From Bacteroidales bacterium (lineage in GTDB: Bacteria; Bacteroidota; Bacteroidia; Bacteroidales; VadinHA17), in NCBI GenBank assembly GCA_040769065.1, contig JAXGLU010000001.1, forward strand, positions 2,783,556-2,847,555: a stretch of 64,000 bases of DNA, written 5' to 3'. The notes under the pieces were generated by a model. That model was not told the origin of the DNA and ran no database searches. It worked only from the letters and a program-made list of their open reading frames with translations. Positions 30,414 through 37,636 of the stretch are shown here, piece by piece. Numbering within the stretch: position 1 is the first letter of the stretch; the number at the start of each line of letters is the position of its first letter. The translations under genes were made by a program, and so were the position numbers.

Positions 30414-30476
30414 ATGAATCAAAAGCATATAATGCTGTTTGCTGTTTTAATGCTGGTTCTGCCTGATTCTGTATAA
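30414..30476 (+). pseudogene. remnant of a thermonuclease 5' end (signal-peptide fragment)
   Basis: 30421-30463 matches 36921-36963 (start of the intact thermonuclease gene) at 39/43 nt. The stub translates to MNQKHIMLFAVLMLVLPDSV*, compared with MGKKMSQKLIMLFAVLMMVLPLNA in the intact gene. Confidence 0.6.
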
Positions 30477-30587
30477 AGTGCTCAAAAAGGAAGGCTTCGG
30501 AACATAAGAAATTTCCGTCTGCTCCGATCAGCTTGTTTTTTTATTAAGTTTGAATAGCTTTTTCATTTCAAGCTGTTTTTACATATC

Positions 30588-30684
30588 ATGAAACCCACAT
30601 AATTGAATTCAAATGCAAACACATAATGAATATAATTTTCAATCATATGCGGTTTCATCATACCATTAAAATCAAAATTATATT
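30588..30684 (+). promoter_or_regulatory. start-codon-abutting palindromic cassette, copy C5
   Basis: ATGAAACCCACATAATTGAATTCAAATGCAAACACATAATGAATATAATTTTCAATCATATGCGGTTTCATCATACCATTAAAATCAAAATTATATT followed directly by ATGATGAAA at 30685. Confidence 0.8.
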
Positions 30685-31857
30685 ATGATGAAATCCAGCC
30701 GCCGTACTTTTATCAGAACATCCCTTGCATCGGCAACAGGGCTCTCAGCTTTGTCGATGTTCTCTCAGGACATCTTTTCAAGGGAAGGCTATAATAATTC
30801 CACTCCCGTTGAGGTAATACTGAAGCCTGAAAAACGACCTGCCCCGGCCAACTCAATCAGGTTCTCGGTAATAGGCCTTAATCACGGGCATATATATGGA
30901 ATGGCTGATGCGCTTCTCGGAGGAGGAGGCAAGCTGGTTTCGGTGTATGCCAGGGAACCGGAGTTGCTTGCAGCATTCACAAAGCGTTATCCCAATGTGA
31001 AAGTAGCCGGTAGTGAGGAGGAGATCCTTGATGACAGTTCAGTGCAGATGGTGGCCAGCGCATCGATACCCGTCGATCGCGCCCCGCTCGGGATAAGGGT
31101 GATGAAGGCAGGAAAGGATTTCATGGCCGACAAGCCCGGCATTGTAACCCTCAGCCAGTTTAAAGAGGTGAAAAAGGTACAGGAACAGACTAAACGCATC
31201 TATTCGATCATGTACAGCGAACGTCTCGGGAACCCGGCTTCGGTGAAAGCAGACGAACTGATTCGCAGTGGCGCTATCGGCAGGGTGATACAGACAATAG
31301 GCCTCGGGCCCCACAGGATGAACCCTTCCACACGTCCCGACTGGTTCTTTGACCCCGGGAAGGCAGGAGGAATCCTTTGCGATATCGGATCGCACCAGTG
31401 CGACCAGTTCTTGTTCTATACCCGATCAACCGAAGCGGAAGTGGCACTTTCCCAGATCGGCAACTTCAATACGGTCAATTATCCTGCCTACCAGGATTTC
31501 GGCGATATGATAGTCAGAAGCCCCAATGCTTCAGGCTATATCCGGATCGACTGGTTCACTCCCGGCGGACTGGCAACATGGGGCGACGGCAGAACCTTTA
31601 TACTTGGCACCGACGGCTATATTGAGATGCGCAAATACATCGACATAGCCGGAAGAAATGGTGGCAACCACTTGTTCCTTGTCAATCAGAAGGAAACCAA
31701 ATACTTCGATTGTTCAAATGTATACATGCCATACGGTGAACAGCTTGTCGACGATGTGGTCAACCGCACAGAAACCGCCATGACGCAGGATCACTGCTTC
31801 CTTGCCACCTGGCTGGCCCTGACTGCCCAGAAAAAAGCTGCCAGGATCACTTCCTGA
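30685..31857 (+). CDS. Gfo/Idh/MocA-family oxidoreductase with TAT signal
   Basis: 390 aa. The TAT signal is MMKSSRRTFIRTSLASATGLSA. The Rossmann start is RFSVIGLNHGHIYG. The family-typical segment is GKDFMADKP. Confidence 0.75.
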   Translation: MMKSSRRTFIRTSLASATGLSALSMFSQDIFSREGYNNSTPVEVILKPEKRPAPANSIRFSVIGLNHGHIYGMADALLGGGGKLVSVYAREPELLAAFTKRYPNVKVAGSEEEILDDSSVQMVASASIPVDRAPLGIRVMKAGKDFMADKPGIVTLSQFKEVKKVQEQTKRIYSIMYSERLGNPASVKADELIRSGAIGRVIQTIGLGPHRMNPSTRPDWFFDPGKAGGILCDIGSHQCDQFLFYTRSTEAEVALSQIGNFNTVNYPAYQDFGDMIVRSPNASGYIRIDWFTPGGLATWGDGRTFILGTDGYIEMRKYIDIAGRNGGNHLFLVNQKETKYFDCSNVYMPYGEQLVDDVVNRTETAMTQDHCFLATWLALTAQKKAARITS

Positions 31858-31922
31858 AAACCCTCACTTTCTTTTATGCAATCTTTTATCTTATCCTGAC
31901 CTGCAAAACGATACTTACACAG

Positions 31923-32017
31923 ATAAAACCCAAATGATTGAATTCAAACGCAAACATGTATTTATATAATTTTCACTTATGTGGGTTCCATCATTCCATT
32001 AAAATCAAAATTATATT
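31923..32017 (+). promoter_or_regulatory. start-codon-abutting palindromic cassette, copy C6
   Basis: ATAAAACCCAAATGATTGAATTCAAACGCAAACATGTATTTATATAATTTTCACTTATGTGGGTTCCATCATTCCATTAAAATCAAAATTATATT followed directly by ATGATGAAA at 32018. Confidence 0.8.
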
Positions 32018-34525
32018 ATGATGAAAAAATTAACGGGCCTTTTATTCCTGTTACTGATTACAGGAATCACAACTGCACAAAACAAAACTGTATGTCAGGA
32101 TTGGAGAATCTCCGGAGTAACCCGAGTGTTTCTGCCGTTCTTTGCTGATCAGCCATCGGTTGACGGCAAAAAGTTTGACACTGCAGCCCTTCTCGAGAAT
32201 GTACTAACTGACGATGCAGACCTTAAATCATGGCCTGTTGTAACCATTCCGGACGACAGCCTGCTCACTTCAGTCAACGGAGAGAACCAGATGGTCAGGA
32301 TGGCCGGTTTCGTCAGCAGTGACCGTTGGACCAAAGCTTCGGTCAATATTTCAACAAACGCCATCTTCGAGCTCAGCCTCAACGGTAAAAAGGTAAAGTC
32401 ACAGGGCAAGCCATCGGACCGGCCTGTTAAGATTGACCTGACACTGGGAACGGGAATTCACGAGTTAAGCCTGAAACTCATCAGTATGGAAAAAACTCTC
32501 AGGTTCGCCGCTGATGTATCAGCAGCTAATGATTCGGCGGTACTGTCATGGAGCACGAACCCCGCCCGGACACTTACAATAAACGATGTCCTTGAAGGAG
32601 TAAGCATATCAGGAGCAAGGCTTTCCAATTCAGGCAAATATCTTCTTATCCAGACCAATGAGGTTTTGCCGGGGAGCGGGAAAACCCAAAGCTCCTTCCG
32701 GGTTTATGATATGGAGCTGAAAAGGAACCTTTTCGCCCTGCGAAACAATGCCCTCCGGGCAGACTGGATGCCAAAATCCGACCGCTTCTGTTACCAGGTT
32801 AACAGGGATGAAACAAGTGATGTGATCATATATGACATGAAGAGCGGAACAGAGAGCGTTGCCGCATCAGGGCTGAAATCGGCCGGCAGGATTGTCTGGT
32901 CACCAGCCGAGGATTATTTTATTTACTCACGGAGTGAGGAGGCTGAGAAAACAGGTGATATGAAACGGGTTTTTGACAATGATGACCGTATCCCCGGAAC
33001 ACGCAACCGGAGTTATTTGTATATGTATAATCCGGGTACGAAAGTGTCACAACCCCTTACCGCCGGATCACGGTCAGCCATGCTGCACGCAATCAGCCCC
33101 GATGGCCGGAGAGTTCTCTTCTCTGTTTCACGCCAGGACTACAGCGAGGTTCCTTTCTCAAAACAGACTCTCTATGAACTGGAAATAAGTACTATGCGCC
33201 TCGATACAATCTGGAGTGACAAGCTGCATGGCGGCTCATGCCAGTACTCGCCTTACGGAACGCAACTGCTCGTATCAGGCGGACCGGAGACTTTCGGCAG
33301 CCTTGGGGTGAAGGTGAGCGAGGGCAGGATCCCAAACAGCTATGATACGCAGCTCTTTCTTTTTGATCTGAAGACCAGAAAAGCAGAGCCTCTCACACGC
33401 GATTTTGACCCTGCGGCAGAGATGGCGCACTGGGCTTCAGACGGCAAAATATACCTTACAGCTACGGAACATGACTACGTGAATCTCTACAGGCTTGACC
33501 CGAAAAGGCGGAGTTTTACAAAAATTGATGTGCCGGTGGAGGTCATCACTTCCGTTGACTATGCGAAGAACAGTAATGTTGCTGTATTTCGCGGAACAAG
33601 CATCGGCACTCCGGACAGACTCTATAAAATTGACCTGGCAACCGGGAAATCGACATTGCTCTGTGATCCGGCTGCAGGCCGGTTGGATGATGTGTTGGCC
33701 GGGCGGACTGAAGAATGGAATTTCAAAAATTCCCGCGGCACAACCATCTATGGAAGGGTTTACTACCCGGTAAATTATGACCCTTCAAAAAAGTATCCTC
33801 TCATTGTAAACTTTTATGGCGGGACTACACCGACAAGCAGATCGTTCGGAGGCCGCTATCCGAAGGAGATATGGGCTGCCGAAGGATATATGGTTTATGT
33901 CCTGCAGCCCTCCGGAGCAACAGGATTCGGGCAGGATTTCTCAGCCTTGCACGTAAATGGATGGGGGCGTGAGGCAATTGATGATATAATTGAAGGTACA
34001 AAGAAGTTTCTGGCAGCATTCCCGTCTGCTGATGCCGACAATGTAGGATGTATCGGTGCTTCATATGGCGGGTTCACCACGATGATGCTGCAAACCCGTA
34101 CAGATATTTTCCGGACTGCAATTGCCCATGCCGGTATCAGCGATATTTCCAGCTACTGGGGTGAGGGCTACTGGGGCTATTCTTACAGCGCGGGTGCCAC
34201 AACGGGAAGCTATCCCTGGAACAGGAGGGATATATACGTGGATAACAGCCCCTTATTCAACGCTGATAAATTCAGTAACTCCATACTGCTCCTTCACGGA
34301 ACGGCAGACACCAACGTGCCGGTAGGTGAGAGCCTGCAGTATTATGCAGCCCTGAAGATCCTAGGCAAGGATGTGGAGATGGTACTCGTCAGTGGCGAGA
34401 ATCATCATATTCTTGACTATAAAAAACGTATTGAGTGGCATAATACAATCATGTCGTGGTTTGACATGAAACTCAAGAACCAGCCTCAGCACTGGAACGA
34501 TATGTACCCTGACAAGAATCTCTGA
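32018..34525 (+). CDS. S9-family serine peptidase (prolyl oligopeptidase / dipeptidyl-peptidase type) with N-terminal beta-propeller region
   Basis: 835 aa with a signal peptide. The C-terminal alpha/beta-hydrolase triad contexts are GCIGASYGGF (Ser), LLLHGTADTNV (Asp) and GENHHI (His). Confidence 0.8.
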   Translation: MMKKLTGLLFLLLITGITTAQNKTVCQDWRISGVTRVFLPFFADQPSVDGKKFDTAALLENVLTDDADLKSWPVVTIPDDSLLTSVNGENQMVRMAGFVSSDRWTKASVNISTNAIFELSLNGKKVKSQGKPSDRPVKIDLTLGTGIHELSLKLISMEKTLRFAADVSAANDSAVLSWSTNPARTLTINDVLEGVSISGARLSNSGKYLLIQTNEVLPGSGKTQSSFRVYDMELKRNLFALRNNALRADWMPKSDRFCYQVNRDETSDVIIYDMKSGTESVAASGLKSAGRIVWSPAEDYFIYSRSEEAEKTGDMKRVFDNDDRIPGTRNRSYLYMYNPGTKVSQPLTAGSRSAMLHAISPDGRRVLFSVSRQDYSEVPFSKQTLYELEISTMRLDTIWSDKLHGGSCQYSPYGTQLLVSGGPETFGSLGVKVSEGRIPNSYDTQLFLFDLKTRKAEPLTRDFDPAAEMAHWASDGKIYLTATEHDYVNLYRLDPKRRSFTKIDVPVEVITSVDYAKNSNVAVFRGTSIGTPDRLYKIDLATGKSTLLCDPAAGRLDDVLAGRTEEWNFKNSRGTTIYGRVYYPVNYDPSKKYPLIVNFYGGTTPTSRSFGGRYPKEIWAAEGYMVYVLQPSGATGFGQDFSALHVNGWGREAIDDIIEGTKKFLAAFPSADADNVGCIGASYGGFTTMMLQTRTDIFRTAIAHAGISDISSYWGEGYWGYSYSAGATTGSYPWNRRDIYVDNSPLFNADKFSNSILLLHGTADTNVPVGESLQYYAALKILGKDVEMVLVSGENHHILDYKKRIEWHNTIMSWFDMKLKNQPQHWNDMYPDKNL

Positions 34526-35150
34526 AAGGGAAGGGCAGGGCGAGTGACGGAAAACATCCGGTGATGATGTTGTCAGATGTTCGATAATAATATTGCCGGC
34601 CCCTGTCTTCTTGAAAATTGTTTCTCAATCTGCCTTTCAATCATATATGTTGAGATCATATTCCACAATGCAATTATGTTTTGGGAATACAATCCCCAAA
34701 TATGTATTATACGTATTTTTTTAATTATTCTCCTGCTTTGGAAACTGCGCATAGATTGAGGATGACTCAAAAAGTCGCGTACAGAATGCTGCCTGCCACA
34801 CTCAGATTTAACCAATAATTTCCAGGGCAAGTATGAAGCTTACTACAAGGTGGTGGAAGCCACAAAACAGGAAAAAGAAGATGTATTACATCATAATTAC
34901 AAAAAACTTATATTTGTTAACCTGTGGTCTGAAAAAAGGTAGTAATTAATTTTACCCATGTTGTACTTATTTTTCCCAAAAACCAATTTACAACATTGGG
35001 TCCCGATAAACCGGGATACGGGGAGTAACTCTCTTATTTTTTTAGTCGGACATCGATAGTATCGGATATCCCATGTAATTTCAGCGACCTGATTCCGTTC
35101 ACTTTATGTATAAGTATAGCAACAGTTTTTCAGGAAACAGATTAACTACC

Positions 35151-36146
35151 ATGCCAAAGAATAAGAACGCCTATGTCAGGTACCTGATAATCCATTCGCA
35201 GATAAAGCGGAACAGGTACAAATATGGATTCCCTACCCTCGAGAATCTCAGGGAAGAGCTTGAGGATCAGGGCTACAATGTTTCCTTATCCACTATCGAA
35301 AAGGATCTCAGCTTCTTGAAAAATGAAAGGGGCGCTCCCATTGAATACGACAGGACACAGCGGTGCTACTGCTATACTGAGGAATGGGAGTTCGACATTC
35401 CTCTGTCGCCTGAGGATGTCAGGATGATCAGGATGCTCGTTCACAAGCTGGAGATATTCGGGGAGGCTGAGGAATTCAAGATGCTGAAGGAATCTATCGA
35501 CAGATTGACTAATCAATTTGACCTGATGAACCAGTATCCAAACGACAAGATCAATAAGTACATACTGTTTGAATATATGAAAGGCTTTGCAGGTAAACAC
35601 ATGCTCTCGGATATCTATGAAGCCATTTACAATAAGAAGGAAATAAGATTCACCCATTGCAGATTCGAATTGGACCAGCCCACTCAAAGAACTCTCCAGC
35701 CATACATCCTGAAGGAGCATCGTAACAGGTGGTATGTGATCGGCAAGGAGAAGGGTTCCCCGAAAATCTTCGGCCTCGACAGGATAAGCAACCTTGCCGT
35801 AACTGACAATGAATTTATCAATGATCCGGACTTTTACGACGAGATATTCAGGGTGCTTTATGATTCAGTGGGAGTCTTTGCCTTTGGAGTCAGGTCAGAA
35901 GATGTCGTTCTTCATTTTACCGAAGATGAAGCCCCCTATATCAAATCGCTTCCCCTCCACCGTTCACAGCAGATAATTGATGACAGCGAAACTGAAGGAT
36001 TGACTGTAAAAATTCATGTCAAGGTAACCCCCGAATTTATCAAGGACTGCATCCTCCGCTTCGGCGACAAGGTAAAAGTCGTTTCGCCCGAAAGCCTAGC
36101 CGCGGAAGTCAGGGAAATATGGGAGAGAGCTCTTCGCCAGGCATAA
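35151..36146 (+). CDS. WYL-domain transcriptional regulator (HTH-WYL-WCX architecture)
   Basis: The track ORF starts at 35106; MPKNKNAYVRYLII at 35151 is the likelier start. The N-terminal region is wHTH-like (LSTIEKDLSFLKNERGAPIEYD). The WYL core is PYILKEHRNRWYVIGKEKGSPKIFGLDRI. A C-terminal extension follows. Confidence 0.75.
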   Translation: MPKNKNAYVRYLIIHSQIKRNRYKYGFPTLENLREELEDQGYNVSLSTIEKDLSFLKNERGAPIEYDRTQRCYCYTEEWEFDIPLSPEDVRMIRMLVHKLEIFGEAEEFKMLKESIDRLTNQFDLMNQYPNDKINKYILFEYMKGFAGKHMLSDIYEAIYNKKEIRFTHCRFELDQPTQRTLQPYILKEHRNRWYVIGKEKGSPKIFGLDRISNLAVTDNEFINDPDFYDEIFRVLYDSVGVFAFGVRSEDVVLHFTEDEAPYIKSLPLHRSQQIIDDSETEGLTVKIHVKVTPEFIKDCILRFGDKVKVVSPESLAAEVREIWERALRQA

Positions 36147-36236
36147 ACGGCAGGTAGTAAATGACGCCCTATTTCCCGATTGACTCCGCAAATACAATGC
36201 AGAGTGGCAGTTTTTATTTGTCTCAAATTTCAGAGC

Positions 36237-36868
36237 ATGGATAGTGGAAACTTTTTTGACCGGAATCTTCTGGGCCGGCTGGAGCATGTCTCTTCAGCCG
36301 CTTCCGGAAGAGAACTGTCATTCAGGGAAGTGATCGAATCGGGATCCGATGTGGAAGAGATAGCTTCCTTTCTCGGGATATCCCCCGTTAAGGCGTTTTT
36401 TTTTCCTGTTTTACAGAACTGAGTCTCCAGAGGACAGTCACCCTCGAGACATTGTCGAAACATCTCAGGTGCAGTGTCCTTAGACTTATCAACTGTATGA
36501 ATGAATTTGAAGCGCTTGAGAAAAAGGGTTACCTTCATAAAAGCTTCAGGAAAAGGGGCAGGAAACACACTTGCACCGACATGTCCTTCTCAGTTCCCCA
36601 CCACTTCATTGAAGCTTTGAGGAAGGCCGACCATGCCATAAACACCATCCAGAAAATCCTCCTTCAGTCCCTGGAGAATTTTGAGGGTATACTTATCGCC
36701 ACCACCAATCTTAGCTTCAACCTCGATAAAGCCTTTGAGAGGCGCTTCACTTTCAGGATAGAGTTCCCGATGCCCGACGCCGGCGCGAGAAAGAGGGTCG
36801 GGTATTTAATTCCTGGCAGCCGGTTGCTGCAGTGGCGAATGAAATCTTATGGAATTGATCAAGCATAA
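36237..36868 (+). pseudogene. decayed AAA+ ATPase gene (frameshift in a T9 run plus loss of the Walker A/B core)
   Basis: Frame A reads MDSGNFFDRNLLGRLEHV...EEIASFLGISPVKAFF and stops at 36420-36422. Shifting one frame at the T9 run (36396-36404) continues as FSCFTELSLQRTVTLETLSKHLRCSVLRLINCMNEFEALEKKGYL. Later only the AAA lid-proximal part survives (LLQSLENFEGILIATTNLSFNLDKAFERRFTFRIEFPMPD). No GxxGxGKT or DExx block is present. Confidence 0.7.
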
Positions 36869-36901
36869 AAGCCTGTGCAAAACGTTTGAATAGTATAAAC
36901 A

Positions 36902-37429
36902 ATGGGAAAAAAGATGAGCCAGAAGCTTATAATGCTGTTTGCTGTTTTAATGATGGTCCTGCCGCTTAATGCCCAGCGCAACAGGAAGTCCGGCGAGAAA
37001 GTCGTTTTTTATCCTGTTTCAAGGATAGTTGATGGCGACACTTTCTGGATTGACGATGGAAGCGAAAAGGGGATCAAGATAAGACTCACGGGCATTGATG
37101 CACCCGAGACCAGGAACAGCAGGAACAGGGTGAAATCTGCTTTCGGGGAGGAATCAACCCGCTACCTGACCGGCCTGATAGCCGGGAAAAGGGTAAGGCT
37201 CGAATATGATATTGACACTCTCGATCGCTACGGCCGTACACTGGCTTATGTGTATCTCGAGGATGGCACCTTTGTAAATGCCAGCATGGTAAGGAACGGC
37301 TATGCCTCTGTCATGACCACTCCGCCAAACGTGAGATATGCAGAAACATTTGTGGAACTGGCGCGAAAAGCCAGGAAAAGGAAGTTGGGACTGTGGAATG
37401 AAACGACGCTTTCAGGAAATGAATTCTGA
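36902..37429 (+). CDS. secreted thermonuclease (staphylococcal nuclease, SNase family)
   Basis: 175 aa with a signal peptide. Motifs: VSRIVDGDTFWI...IRLTGIDAPET...DRYGRTLAYVYLEDGTFVNASMVRNGYA...ARKRKLGLW. Confidence 0.85.
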   Translation: MGKKMSQKLIMLFAVLMMVLPLNAQRNRKSGEKVVFYPVSRIVDGDTFWIDDGSEKGIKIRLTGIDAPETRNSRNRVKSAFGEESTRYLTGLIAGKRVRLEYDIDTLDRYGRTLAYVYLEDGTFVNASMVRNGYASVMTTPPNVRYAETFVELARKARKRKLGLWNETTLSGNEF

Positions 37430-37459
37430 AAGCTGTGATTAATACCGAAATGCCGGCTG

Positions 37460-37525
37460 TGATATCATAATGATATCATTTTAGTATCAATATGATATCT
37501 TTTTGACATCATATTGATATCATAA
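37460..37525. repeat. six phased 11-bp tandem units built on the palindrome TGATATCA
   Basis: Units start at 37460 TGATATCATAA, 37471 TGATATCATTT, 37482 TAGTATCAATA, 37493 TGATATCTTTT, 37504 TGACATCATAT and 37515 TGATATCATAA. The array lies between the convergent 3' ends of the nuclease gene and hsdM. Confidence 0.8.
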
Positions 37526-37636
37526 TATCCTGAATAATTTGTAAAAGAGATATGGAAGCTTTCTATTTATGCTCTTAAACCTCATAATCAAAGAATAATA
37601 CTCTTAAAAACAATTTAGTACGGGTGCGGAGGCTCT

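Noticed and set aside
34573-34830. 85-aa (-) and 60-aa (+) ORFs in the AT-rich gap after the S9 peptidase gene.
   Set aside because: They overlap each other on opposite strands. Their composition is odd and low-complexity, and there is no signal or family resemblance. This is most likely non-coding or decayed DNA.
36180-36868. Track ORFs 36180..36422 and 36452..36868 as two independent small genes.
   Set aside because: Together they read as N- and C-terminal pieces of one AAA+ ATPase. A T9 frameshift and an internal deletion interrupt it, so it is called a pseudogene instead.
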